The position numbers and the translations under genes were made by a program. Below are positions 1 to 9,448 of a stretch of DNA of 64,000 nt, in pieces. The stretch covers positions 480,001-544,000 of the forward strand of contig CAXRHT010000003.1 in the NCBI GenBank assembly GCA_964230645.1, read 5' to 3'. This stretch comes from Bdellovibrionales bacterium. GTDB lineage: Bacteria; Bdellovibrionota; Bdellovibrionia; Bdellovibrionales; JAGQZY01. How positions within the stretch are numbered: position 1 is the first letter of the stretch; each line of letters begins with the position of its first letter. The notes under the pieces are model-generated. The model did not search any database and was not told the DNA's origin. It saw nothing but the letters and a program-made list of their open reading frames with translations.

Positions 1-1
1 T

Positions 2-907
2 CTATTTTTCTGTGCGCACAGTGCTGCGGCTTTAATGGCTCCAAATCTGAAAATTGATGTTCGAGAGTCGAATCTGGAATTTTCATATCATCAGAGACTT
101 TCAATGGTCGCTGAGGTCGATGAAAAATTTGGAGCGAGATCATTGTGTAAGGAGAGTGCTAAAAAGGAGACGATGTTAAAAGAGCTCCCTCAGCTTTCTC
201 AGTTTGGACTATTTGGAGGAATTTACCTCAATACTTATCAGCAATTAAAAACCTTTAGAGATCAGTTCTTAATTTGGGAGAGAAGTAATTCTTCACTCAA
301 TGTTGACGTTTTTTATTATATGAAAGCGTTTGAACAGGGTTTGCCCTGTTCTGAATCTCCTTACATCCAGCAAAAAGGTAATAAAGTGGCTCGCTGGTCG
401 GGGCGGCTGAAAAAAGAAATCGATCATGTCGATGTGTGTGTGGCTTGGTATGACTATTTTCGTTTTTATCAAGAGCAGAGTCAGAAGAATCAAATGAATA
501 GGCGAGCCTTACAAAGAAAAATGTGGAGAGCTCATTCCTATAGTCTTTTTCATGTCTGGGTGTTGAACTACGACGACTATTACGACTCATTAACCAAAGA
601 AAAAGTACCTTCCTGGGAGTTTTACCAATGGAATGCCTGGAATCGATTTGTCGCCGCCTTTACTCCGAGTCTGAATTTAAATTCCTGTGCCCATACGATG
701 TGGCCCTTTCTTGGAACGGCGATGCCTGAGTGTAGCTTTCCTGATTCCGGTGAAGTTTCTCGGTTTCGGCAATGCGAAGAATCCACTGACTTGAATTCAC
801 CCAAGCACTACTTGCAGTGGCTTGGACTAAAGTATCTCACAGGTTTTTATGCTGAGTTCAGTGAGCTGGATGATTCCATCGACGCGATCGCCTCGGAAAT
901 CAATTGA
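2..907 (+). CDS. Hypothetical, probably secreted protein (5' end likely outside the window)
   Basis: The frame of ORF 35..907 is open back to position 2 (LFFCAHSAAALM), which reads like the end of a signal peptide. No family recognised. Confidence 0.6.
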   Translation, partial: LFFCAHSAAALMAPNLKIDVRESNLEFSYHQRLSMVAEVDEKFGARSLCKESAKKETMLKELPQLSQFGLFGGIYLNTYQQLKTFRDQFLIWERSNSSLNVDVFYYMKAFEQGLPCSESPYIQQKGNKVARWSGRLKKEIDHVDVCVAWYDYFRFYQEQSQKNQMNRRALQRKMWRAHSYSLFHVWVLNYDDYYDSLTKEKVPSWEFYQWNAWNRFVAAFTPSLNLNSCAHTMWPFLGTAMPECSFPDSGEVSRFRQCEESTDLNSPKHYLQWLGLKYLTGFYAEFSELDDSIDAIASEIN

Positions 908-1056
908 AATGCATAAACTTTGATTCTCTTTTGGGGGATTCAACATACCGCCTCCGAAATAGGAATCAGGTACTTTGTCTTTGTCTGGATGATTCCATCG
1001 ATGCCATCGCCCCGCATCCGAAAAAAGAACCAGGTACTTTGTAAACCTGGTACTTT
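866..1056. repeat. Degenerate ~60-bp-period repeat at the gene end/intergenic region
   Basis: ctggatgattccatcga at 866 and 985; cgcctc(g/c)gaaat at 889 and 949; caggtactttgt at 967 and 1031; ctggtacttt at 1047. Confidence 0.55.
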
Positions 1057-1179
1057 ATCGAAGTCAAAAAACTGACTTGCCGGTTCTAATTCTTTGGCGC
1101 TATTTAATCACCTTTGTCTGGGGTTTTTATTTCATCTTTGATTTGTTGAGTCTCACTGAAATTGTGCGGAGAATCATTT

Positions 1180-1195
1180 TGGCACTTTCCTTGCT
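1180..1195 (+). promoter_or_regulatory. sigma54 (RpoN) -24/-12 promoter
   Basis: TGGCAC-tttcc-TTGCT matches TGGCAC-N5-TTGCW exactly and lies 35 nt upstream of the ATG at 1230. Confidence 0.8.
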
Positions 1196-1229
1196 TCATT
1201 AAGAGCTTGAAAAGGAAAGGGATCAAAAA

Positions 1230-1949
1230 ATGGATGCAGTTTACGACAAACATCAAGAGATGGAAGAGTTCACTTCAATTAACTTCGAAAAAAGCGATCA
1301 GCTTTTAAAAATGAAGAAGTATATTACAGAGAAAAATTGGAGCCGAGCTTCCATGCTGGCTGAAGAAATCAAGGAAATGGAAGCTAATAATCCTGAGTTT
1401 CTTTTCGGTATGGCCGAAATTAAAACGGAGAGCCAAGACTACCCAGGAGCACTGAACATCTATCATGAAATGCTCGATATTCTCGAAGGTCAGGACCCCA
1501 TGTGTTTCGATATTTATAAGAATATGGGGAACATTTATCTTAAGTGTGGAGATATTGACGCGGCTGAGGAAAAGTATAATCAAGCGCATGCGATCAACTC
1601 ACAAGATGAGAGCCTTTCGATCAACTACGGTGTCCTTTATATACAAAAAGGTGAGTATTCAAACGCTAAAAACCGTTTCGCAGACGTCCTTACAAAAAAC
1701 AATGAATCGGATTTTGCTTGGGTAGGAATGGGGTTAGTACACAGAGCCCATGCCGATCATGAGTTAGCAAGAGCTTGCCTGCTCCGTGGTCTGGATGAAA
1801 ATCCTTACAATAAATTAGCCATAACTAACTACTACACATGGTGTGATCAGGACGGTAAAGAAGCCTCTATAGAGCACATTAATAATTTTCTACAACAATA
1901 TCCACAGGACCAGGAGATCAAAAGACTTCAGCAAGGATTGTCACAGTAA
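1230..1949 (+). CDS. Tetratricopeptide repeat protein
   Basis: TPR-type helices (IYKNMGNIYLKCGDIDAAEEKYNQA; NYGVLYIQKGEYSNAK; AWVGMGLVHRAH); purine-rich RBS upstream. Confidence 0.85.
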   Translation: MDAVYDKHQEMEEFTSINFEKSDQLLKMKKYITEKNWSRASMLAEEIKEMEANNPEFLFGMAEIKTESQDYPGALNIYHEMLDILEGQDPMCFDIYKNMGNIYLKCGDIDAAEEKYNQAHAINSQDESLSINYGVLYIQKGEYSNAKNRFADVLTKNNESDFAWVGMGLVHRAHADHELARACLLRGLDENPYNKLAITNYYTWCDQDGKEASIEHINNFLQQYPQDQEIKRLQQGLSQ

Positions 1950-1950
1950 G

Positions 1951-3306
1951 ATGAAGTCCGTTATTCCTCAGGTTCATTTATTTCTTTGTCTCGATCCTAG
2001 GGTCTCACCTGGTGTGATTCTTCACCTTTTGGATTTGGCTCGCGCTCAAGATTGGCGCGAGGAAACCATACTGATTTGTGATGAAATTTGGAAGCCCCTT
2101 GTGAACGTGGATCAACCGGTGTTGTTTCTTAATCGTGAGAAGTTTTTTGAGAAAAAACAGGGGCAAACGGAACCCTTTAATCTTGAGTACCTTGAAGAGG
2201 TCCTCGATCATCTTGATCACTTTGAAATTAAAAAAGTCACCCAAATTGGACAATTGCAGTGGGGACGATGGCTTAAAGCCTACCTTGATCAAGAAGACGG
2301 GGTGGATCACAAAGTTATCAGTTGGGGAAAGAAAAACCTCTCGGCTCTACAAATTTTAAATGATGTTGCTGATGAGTTGGCTATAGATATTAGCTCTCTT
2401 GGTTCAAAAGCCACCAAAGGCAATGAAGTCCTTATTGATCCCTACGACAATGAGGGGATCGCTCAAGAGTTTTTAAGTCTTATTGACAATATTGATGAGA
2501 AATATTGGCCAGAATGGCTCACTATTATCGTTAAAGAGCAAGATGAAGAAATGTTTAAAGGAAAAAGCCTTGAAGAGCAGGTCGTTCTTGAAACGGATGT
2601 TGTTGCCAATCACAACAATCAATCTGTGCTTTGTTTTTCTTCACAGTCTCCTTTTTTACAGACAAGTCGAAATTTCAATGTGGCACTTTACAACAGTGGC
2701 GGCAAAGACAACCTCTTTTTACAAGGTGATATTTCTATACAATCAAAAGAGATCGAGCATATCTCTGAAATTATAAATATTCTCACTTACTGGAAATCGG
2801 GGCGCCTAAAGGAGCTCTCCTATCAGTGGCTTAATATGGGGATTGTTATTTATCATCTTGAGGTTTTTCACTCACGAGTGGTGCAACGTAATCTGCTCAA
2901 TTACTCCCAAGATCTTTTTCACTGCCAGGCACTGATTCATCATTTTCTGCAAAGTAAAGGTCGTATTGGGCCTCCGTTTTTACAGCAGATCGTAAATGAA
3001 ATGAGAGATGAAATTGATAATGATCCGTTTTCTTTATCTTTTTCTCTAAAAATCCTCAATATGATCGTTGATCGTATGCTATCCTCAGCCCAAACGGGAG
3101 AGAGATTATTTCAACGACTTGGCAGTGATTATCACCGCATTGTGATTGCGGAGTCTTTGGTTGAAGGACTCATCGATACTCATGCTGACGACCTCACTAA
3201 ACTAGATTTAAAAGCAAAACTTCAGGAATTTAAACAATTCCTCATGCTTGTTGACCGATGGAATGACGATATAGAACAGATAAAACAATTAAAGGGCCCA
3301 CAATGA
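1951..3306 (+). CDS. Hypothetical protein, possibly a degenerate glycosyltransferase family 9-like fold
   Basis: 451-aa ORF tightly coupled to both neighbours. Only a weak N-terminal resemblance to GT9 proteins. Confidence 0.55.
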   Translation: MKSVIPQVHLFLCLDPRVSPGVILHLLDLARAQDWREETILICDEIWKPLVNVDQPVLFLNREKFFEKKQGQTEPFNLEYLEEVLDHLDHFEIKKVTQIGQLQWGRWLKAYLDQEDGVDHKVISWGKKNLSALQILNDVADELAIDISSLGSKATKGNEVLIDPYDNEGIAQEFLSLIDNIDEKYWPEWLTIIVKEQDEEMFKGKSLEEQVVLETDVVANHNNQSVLCFSSQSPFLQTSRNFNVALYNSGGKDNLFLQGDISIQSKEIEHISEIINILTYWKSGRLKELSYQWLNMGIVIYHLEVFHSRVVQRNLLNYSQDLFHCQALIHHFLQSKGRIGPPFLQQIVNEMRDEIDNDPFSLSFSLKILNMIVDRMLSSAQTGERLFQRLGSDYHRIVIAESLVEGLIDTHADDLTKLDLKAKLQEFKQFLMLVDRWNDDIEQIKQLKGPQ

Positions 3307-3974
3307 CGAAAAGACGTATCGACAGAAAGAATCATCCAGCAACCTTCCGTACCTGTAAAAACTTGGGTCAATTGATTGCATTAGTTGAGCAAGAAGGGGA
3401 GCAAGATAAAAAATTTCTCACCAAAATCTCGCTCAATGGTAAAAAGATGGACCAGGATGAAGAGTGCCTGCTCGAAAATATGTCTATTAATGAGGTGGAT
3501 TTCATTGAGGTAGAGATGCAAAGCCTTAATGAAATCATTGCCCATTCCCTAACGGATATTATCTCCACACTCCAGCATATCCAAATGAGGGCTATTCAAT
3601 TTGCTAGAGAAATTCGTAAAGCCAATATTATTGATAAAGAAAAGATCAATTTCTCTTTGATTGAGTGCCGCACTTTTATTCAGAGTTTAGAAGAGGTATT
3701 CATTGCCAATCAGCAAGGCAAGTTTCGTATTCGCCACCTTCCTTTATGGAATGAGGCCGAAAAAGAGCTCACTAATATTTTGCAGTGTATTTTGCAGAGC
3801 CGAGAGGTGGCAGCACCAGATTTTATCGCCGATTTGATGGAGTATGATCTGATTCAAGCCCTAGACCAATGGGAAGACACTCTTGATAAAGAGCTCACAG
3901 AGAACCCAGCGCTGACGGGAATTTTTAATTTGAAATCTGGACGTCATAAAAGCGATAATGAGGTGGATGCCTAA
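3303..3974 (+). CDS. Hypothetical helical protein
   Basis: ATGA overlap with the upstream gene. The C-terminal FIADLMEYDLIQALDQW resembles proteins I recall from flagellar/glycosylation loci. Confidence 0.65.
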   Translation: MTKRRIDRKNHPATFRTCKNLGQLIALVEQEGEQDKKFLTKISLNGKKMDQDEECLLENMSINEVDFIEVEMQSLNEIIAHSLTDIISTLQHIQMRAIQFAREIRKANIIDKEKINFSLIECRTFIQSLEEVFIANQQGKFRIRHLPLWNEAEKELTNILQCILQSREVAAPDFIADLMEYDLIQALDQWEDTLDKELTENPALTGIFNLKSGRHKSDNEVDA

Positions 3975-5964
3975 GCAATCCAAAATTAAAGAGAGTGGAG
4001 CCGACCTTAATTTTTTAAGGCTCGACTCGGGCTTATTTAAAGAAATTTCCCAACGCCTTGAAAAAACCGATATTTCGATCGAGAACCTCGATGGTGAAGT
4101 TCCAGTTGGGTCAAACCCCATGAAGGTGCTGGGTCTTTCCGTTTCTCAAAAAAACTTTAAAGAACAAACCGAATTGCTAGAAACTCTACTAGAAAATGAT
4201 GAGACTCTCTCAGTGCTGATTTTAGATGAGGGACTTGAAACCCAGGAAATTATAGCACTGGGTGAAAGTCCACGGGTTTTTGCGGTCGTTGAATTTCCTA
4301 GTCTTAGCGAAGAGCTTATTAAAAAAGCGGTTGAGCATCATATATTTCTGAAAAGCCAGTCCCTTCAAAGGCAAGAGCTCAAAGAACAAAATAAGAAGTT
4401 AGAAACTCTTAATGAAAATTTGGAAAATCTTGTCCACGAGAGAACGAAAAAAGAGTTTCAAGCCAGTCAGGCGACCGAAGCATCGTTGAAGAAAATTCAG
4501 TCAATTTTTAGTTTTATAAAAAATGTATCAAAATGCCAGAGTATCGAAGAGCTTTTGATTCAACTTCGAGAGGAATTTAAAAAGATCTCAGGATTGATGC
4601 CTCCTATTTTAATCCTTGATGAGGGTGTCATTAGTTTTCGGGTTTTTTATTTTCAGGGAAAACAACTCATAGAAAAATACTCCGATATGGCCCCTGATCA
4701 TTCTGGTTTTTATGGCGAGGATGAAAAAGAGATGAAGTCAGCCTTGAGTAATTACTTTGGGCGTCCCTTTGGACCCTTGATGACTCAAGACTTAAATTTT
4801 CGCTCCAACGAGCTAAGAGGGGTAAAGGCGCGGGTGATCTTTGAACACTCCCTTGAAAATCAAGATTCCGCCGACATTCTCGACGGGCATGATGAGCGGT
4901 GGACGATTCTAACCATGGCGGTAGAGAACCTTTTATTAAAAGAGGGTATGCAGAATATCGCGAAACAGTGGTCGAAAACTTTTAATAAAATGGAAGACCC
5001 GATCCTTATTCTTGATGAAAACTTTCAAATGAGTTTATCAAACTCAAATTACCACCGAAGAGAAAACCGCACCTGTTATGAAGCTTTTGCCGATCAAGAA
5101 AAGCCTTGTAAAGATTGTCCGCTTTCAAAAACATTTCAAACGGGTAAACCCCAAACGTCCGATGTCCATATGGGAAATAAGGTCTACCGAGTTCACTCCT
5201 ATCCTATTCGCATGGAAGAGGAGGGAAGAGTGACCCACGCGATCAATCAATATGTAGATGTGACTCAGACCATTGATTTAAGAAGTCGCGTTATTCAAGG
5301 GGAAAAAATGGCGGCGGTCGGTCTGTTGGCTGGAAACATTGCTCACGAACTCAATAATCCTTTAACAGGTATTTATTCTTTAGCGGACTTACTCCTTGAA
5401 GACTTCGATCAAGAGGGTAATACCTATAAAGATATGCTTGAGATTAAAGATGCGGCCAGGCGTTGCCAAAGGATAATTAAAGACCTGCTTGATTTCTCAA
5501 GTGTGGAAAACCAATCGAAACCTGTTGATATCGACGTAAACGCAATTATTAGTAAAACCCTTCCGTTACTAAAAATGGCCATGCGTGAGATGAATTCCAA
5601 TGTAAATCTTCACGAAGAGCCTCTTAATGTGAATTGCAATCCTCAGCTTCTCCAGCAAGTGATTTTTAATTTAATCAACAACGCTTGTCAGGCCATGGAA
5701 CCTGGAGGAGAGCTGGGTGTTTTCACAGAGAAAGGAGGGGAACAAGTTTTTATTTATATTCGCGATACTGGGCCTGGGATTCCCGATGACATTAGGGAAT
5801 TTATTTTTGATCCTTTTTTTACCACAAAAGATGAGGGCAAAGGCACAGGACTTGGTCTTAGTATGTCAAGAAGTGTTGTGCAGAGAGCGGGTGGGGAACT
5901 TTCGTTGAATGATGCTTACCCAGGTGGTACTGAATTCATTATACAACTACCCTTGGTGGATTAA
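3967..5964 (+). CDS. Sensor histidine kinase (PAS-like, HisKA, HATPase_c; NtrB-like)
   Basis: H-box AHELNNPL, N-box QVIFNLINNA, G1 DTGPGIP, F-box FDPFFTTK, G2 GTGLGL. GAGGTGG RBS favours ATG 3967 over 3958. Confidence 0.92.
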   Translation: MPKQSKIKESGADLNFLRLDSGLFKEISQRLEKTDISIENLDGEVPVGSNPMKVLGLSVSQKNFKEQTELLETLLENDETLSVLILDEGLETQEIIALGESPRVFAVVEFPSLSEELIKKAVEHHIFLKSQSLQRQELKEQNKKLETLNENLENLVHERTKKEFQASQATEASLKKIQSIFSFIKNVSKCQSIEELLIQLREEFKKISGLMPPILILDEGVISFRVFYFQGKQLIEKYSDMAPDHSGFYGEDEKEMKSALSNYFGRPFGPLMTQDLNFRSNELRGVKARVIFEHSLENQDSADILDGHDERWTILTMAVENLLLKEGMQNIAKQWSKTFNKMEDPILILDENFQMSLSNSNYHRRENRTCYEAFADQEKPCKDCPLSKTFQTGKPQTSDVHMGNKVYRVHSYPIRMEEEGRVTHAINQYVDVTQTIDLRSRVIQGEKMAAVGLLAGNIAHELNNPLTGIYSLADLLLEDFDQEGNTYKDMLEIKDAARRCQRIIKDLLDFSSVENQSKPVDIDVNAIISKTLPLLKMAMREMNSNVNLHEEPLNVNCNPQLLQQVIFNLINNACQAMEPGGELGVFTEKGGEQVFIYIRDTGPGIPDDIREFIFDPFFTTKDEGKGTGLGLSMSRSVVQRAGGELSLNDAYPGGTEFIIQLPLVD

Positions 5965-6329
5965 TGAAAGTATTGATTGTCGATGATGAACCTTTGGTTC
6001 GTCGCTCATTAGAAAAAATTTTCACAAAAACAGGACACGACGTGATAACGGCCTCCGACGGCGAAGAGGGTGTAAAGCTGTGGAAAAGTGAAAACCCTCA
6101 AGGTGTCGTAATCGACGTGCTTATGCCAGGGCTAACTGGGCCTGAGGTGATCTCTGAAGTGAACCCCGATGAGAAAACAGCGGTCGCTTTGATCTCGGCT
6201 TACTCGGGGGACTACAATCCTGAGTCAGTAAAAAATCTTGGAGCCGACATATTTATTGAGAAACCCTTTGAGAATATTCAAGACATCGTTTTGCAAATCG
6301 AAAAGATTTGGGAAGTGAAGAATAAATGA
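5964..6329 (+). CDS. Single-domain response regulator (CheY-like)
   Basis: VLIVDDE, phospho-acceptor D in IDVLMPG, ISAY, FIEKPF; overlaps the kinase stop. Confidence 0.93.
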   Translation: MKVLIVDDEPLVRRSLEKIFTKTGHDVITASDGEEGVKLWKSENPQGVVIDVLMPGLTGPEVISEVNPDEKTAVALISAYSGDYNPESVKNLGADIFIEKPFENIQDIVLQIEKIWEVKNK

Positions 6330-6868
6330 GAGTGATCGCTGGTAAATATGGAGGCCGAAAGCTTGTCTCTTTTAGAGCGGATCATATAAGACCCACCACC
6401 GACCGGGTGAAAGAGGCAATTTTTAGCAAAATCCAGTTTGAAATCGCCGGAGCCGAAGTTCTTGACCTTTTTTCGGGTACGGGGAGCCTCGCGTTTGAAG
6501 CTCTCTCAAGAGGCGCGATTCATGTGGACGCTGTTGAGATGAGCTCAAAGTCTGTTCAAATTATTAATAAGAACAGAAAATCTCTCGGTATAGGCGATGA
6601 ACTCAAAATTTTTTCAACCGATGTCTTAAAGTTCTTAAAAACCTGTAAGAAAAGTTACGACTATATTTTTGTCGATCCTCCGTTCACAAAAAAAATGGCA
6701 TCTGAAGTCATGCAAACTCTTTCAGAAGTGAATACTTTCGAAAAGGGCTGCGAACTTTTTATAGAATCCTCAAGTCACGAAGAAATGAAAGACACCTACG
6801 GAAGTTGGGAAGCTAAGTCCCAAAAAAGCTACGGCGACAAGTGGCTCTCCCATTTTATAAAAAAATAA
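6326..6868 (+). CDS. rsmD: 16S rRNA m2G966 methyltransferase RsmD
   Basis: MRVIAGKYGGRKL, RPTTDRVKEAIF, LDLFSGTGS..EALSRGA, DPPF. Confidence 0.95.
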   Translation: MRVIAGKYGGRKLVSFRADHIRPTTDRVKEAIFSKIQFEIAGAEVLDLFSGTGSLAFEALSRGAIHVDAVEMSSKSVQIINKNRKSLGIGDELKIFSTDVLKFLKTCKKSYDYIFVDPPFTKKMASEVMQTLSEVNTFEKGCELFIESSSHEEMKDTYGSWEAKSQKSYGDKWLSHFIKK

Positions 6869-6869
6869 G

Positions 6870-7124
6870 TTATAGATAGAGTATGCAAGCGAACCACTGT
6901 CGCTGTCGTGGAGAATTTCGGACCCTTGGGGCCGAAGCACGCACCCGGGTGCATTTCGTCTCCCGGATTGCACCACTTCGTGGCGCAACCCAAGATACGC
7001 AACGGGCCACGGCATGCTTTTGCTGTACAGCTAAAGCATGTGGCCGTCTCGTTGCTCGAGCTTCGACCCCAAGGGTTCGAAATTCTCCGCGGCAGCGACA
7101 GTGGTTCGGAAACTATATATATAA
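6870..7124. repeat. Long palindromic MITE-like element or structured RNA
   Basis: 49-nt arms at 6890-6938 and 7060-7108 with 4 mismatches; outer 13-nt inverted repeat ttatagatagagt/actatatatataa (11/13); internal hairpins. Confidence 0.8.
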
Positions 7125-7133
7125 GGGGTCCTC

Positions 7134-8330
7134 ATGCTTTCTAAAAGAATGTCCGAATTAAAACCTTCTCCAACTCTGGCTCTTGCGGCTAAAGCCAAGA
7201 AACTTATGAGTGAAGGGCATGATGTTATTTCTCTCACAGTGGGTGAGCCGGACTGGACGACTTATGACAAAGCCAAAGAAGCGGGTAAGAAGGCCATTGA
7301 TGAGAATAAAACTACTTATACGCCAGCCTCTGGAATTGGTGAGCTGAAAGAGCAAGTTGCGGGTTTAATTGGGCCTCAAATTGGTCGCGATGTGAAGCCT
7401 TCGGAAGTGACTGTTGGATCTGGGGCTAAGTTTATTATTTATGCTGCACTAGCAGCGATTTTAGATCCGGATGAGGAAGTGATTGTTCCCTCGCCTTATT
7501 GGGTGAGTTATCCGACAATGGTCGAGCTGGCTGGTGGGAAACCTAACATTGTGACTTGCGGAGGAGAGACGGATTTTAAATTAACTCCTGCCCTTTTGGA
7601 AAAAGCCATCACTCCAAAAACGAAAGCTCTTTTGTTGAACTCTCCGAGTAATCCAACTGGGGCTGAGTACTCTAAGGCTGAGCTTGCTGATATTGCTAAG
7701 GTTTTAAAAAACTATCCCAATATCGTGATCATTAGTGATGATATTTATAACCAACTTTCTTTCTGTAAAGAAGCCTTAAGTCCTCACATCCTTAATGTTG
7801 AACCCACATTTTTTGATCGCACCATTTGTATTAATGGAATGTCGAAAGCTTACGCTATGACCGGTTGGAGAATCGGTTGGGCTGTGGGCCCAGAAGAAGT
7901 GATTAAAGCAATGGCTAGTTTTCAGTCGCAAACTACGGGGGCTCCATGTTCTATCTCTCAGTGGGCTTCGGTCACCGCGATCAAAGACTGTCATAACCGA
8001 GTGGAAGATGCACTGACAGCACTTAAAGAAAGAAAAGCTGATTTTGTGGGGCAGCTTGAGTCTGTACCAGGTATGAAACCCTTTGATCCGCAAGGGGCTT
8101 TTTATCTTTGGGTGAACGTGGAAGAATGGCTTGGAAAATCCTACGGGTCAGAAAAGTTATCGGACTCCCGTCAAATTGCCGCCTTCTTACTAGAAAATGA
8201 AATGTTGGCTGTTGTTCCCGGTATTGAGTTTGGACTCGAGGGTTATTTGCGCTTAAGTTTTGCGGCAAGCCCTAAGGACCTTAAGCGAGCCACTGAGCGC
8301 TTTAAATCCTTTCAGTCCTCTCTTTCTTAA
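7134..8330 (+). CDS. aspC: PLP-dependent class I aminotransferase (aspartate aminotransferase-like)
   Basis: LTVGEPD, SPSNPTG, SDDIY, SKAYAMTGWRIG (PLP Lys), YLRLSFA. Confidence 0.9.
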   Translation: MLSKRMSELKPSPTLALAAKAKKLMSEGHDVISLTVGEPDWTTYDKAKEAGKKAIDENKTTYTPASGIGELKEQVAGLIGPQIGRDVKPSEVTVGSGAKFIIYAALAAILDPDEEVIVPSPYWVSYPTMVELAGGKPNIVTCGGETDFKLTPALLEKAITPKTKALLLNSPSNPTGAEYSKAELADIAKVLKNYPNIVIISDDIYNQLSFCKEALSPHILNVEPTFFDRTICINGMSKAYAMTGWRIGWAVGPEEVIKAMASFQSQTTGAPCSISQWASVTAIKDCHNRVEDALTALKERKADFVGQLESVPGMKPFDPQGAFYLWVNVEEWLGKSYGSEKLSDSRQIAAFLLENEMLAVVPGIEFGLEGYLRLSFAASPKDLKRATERFKSFQSSLS

Positions 8331-8449
8331 AAATTTGATCCGGACCAAGACCATGGTCCTAGTCTGGTCAAAAAAACTCTCAGAGACTAAAGTCAGTTTA
8401 CATAGACATGATGCATCATATCCCCTAAACTATTTAAAGTAGAGGGGTA

Positions 8450-9106
8450 ATGACTGTGTCCATTTGGATTTTAATACAAATCGTAGTGAATATATTTTTG
8501 GTGGGTGGTGTTTCCATTTGTCTTGTTCGAGTGTTCAGAAACCAAGAAGACGATTCAAGACTCACTCAAGGATTAAGACTTTTACAAAGTAAGATTTCGA
8601 TCTTAGAAGATCTTTCCGATCACACCGAAAACCAAGTAAAACAGTTAATGACCTTACTTGATAAAAAATTAGTGGACGTTAGAGGCACACTCCAACAGGT
8701 CGATGCCTATATGGGTGAGGTGGACCGCTCTATTGAAAAAGGTCGCAAGATGGCCGAAGAAATTCAAAACGAAATCGCTCACGACCAGATTGTTGAAAAA
8801 AAATTAGAGAATAAATACATTCAAGCCGCACAACTAGCGCACCAAGGGCGGACAGTCGATGAGATCGTTCAGGCTCTAAATCTTCCCAAGGCGGAAGTGG
8901 AATTGATCACAAAAATTAATAAAAAGAAATGTGTTTACGATACCAAGCAAAACAACATTAGCGAGAAACTCTTTTCACAGAGTTTAGAAATGCCAAAAAT
9001 TCAATCCTCTGGACAGGCGGAGCTGGATTTTAAAGAAGCGATCAGCCAGCACGAAGAGCGTCAAAATGCTCGCACCAGTGGATTTCATTCTATAAAACTG
9101 GGGTGA
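8450..9106 (+). CDS. Membrane-anchored coiled-coil protein with DUF2802-like HTH
   Basis: N-terminal TM helix, coiled coil, and KYIQAAQLAHQGRTVDEIVQALNLPKAEVELI. Confidence 0.75.
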   Translation: MTVSIWILIQIVVNIFLVGGVSICLVRVFRNQEDDSRLTQGLRLLQSKISILEDLSDHTENQVKQLMTLLDKKLVDVRGTLQQVDAYMGEVDRSIEKGRKMAEEIQNEIAHDQIVEKKLENKYIQAAQLAHQGRTVDEIVQALNLPKAEVELITKINKKKCVYDTKQNNISEKLFSQSLEMPKIQSSGQAELDFKEAISQHEERQNARTSGFHSIKLG

Positions 9107-9110
9107 GTGG

Positions 9111-9329
9111 GTGCTGGTTAAAGGGCAGTTTATTAAAGCTAAATTAATCGAAGCGGTTGAGGAAAATCGCTGGATCGTTAGTTTTGAAGGTGATCTCTTG
9201 CAAGTGCAGAATTCCACTCCCATTGTTTTTGAGGAAGGGAAGACGCTGACCCTTAAGGTGCAGTCGCTAAATCCATTCAAACTTCAAGTCGTTTCCAAAG
9301 CTCGAACCTCATTTGATCGAACAGTGTAA
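9111..9329 (+). CDS. Small hypothetical beta-rich protein
   Basis: 72-aa ORF with GTG start 4 nt after the upstream stop; normal composition. Confidence 0.6.
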   Translation: MLVKGQFIKAKLIEAVEENRWIVSFEGDLLQVQNSTPIVFEEGKTLTLKVQSLNPFKLQVVSKARTSFDRTV

Positions 9330-9448
9330 TTGCTTCTCACCTTTTTTCATCAAAAAGAGCTTTTTGTCTCTGTTTTGTTAGAAATGGATCAACAATGAGA
9401 AAAGTCTAAGCCTTTATGGTAAAACCCATTTTCTATTGAGGGTGTTGC

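Noticed and set aside
7060..7108. tRNA suggested by ggttcgaaa (T-loop-like)
   Set aside because: No cloverleaf; the segment is one arm of the long inverted repeat.
6883..7161. ORFs 6883..7161, 6908..7144 and 6770..7015
   Set aside because: They lie on the GC-rich palindrome, have no recognisable motifs and do not resemble CoaD; probably by-products of the repeat.
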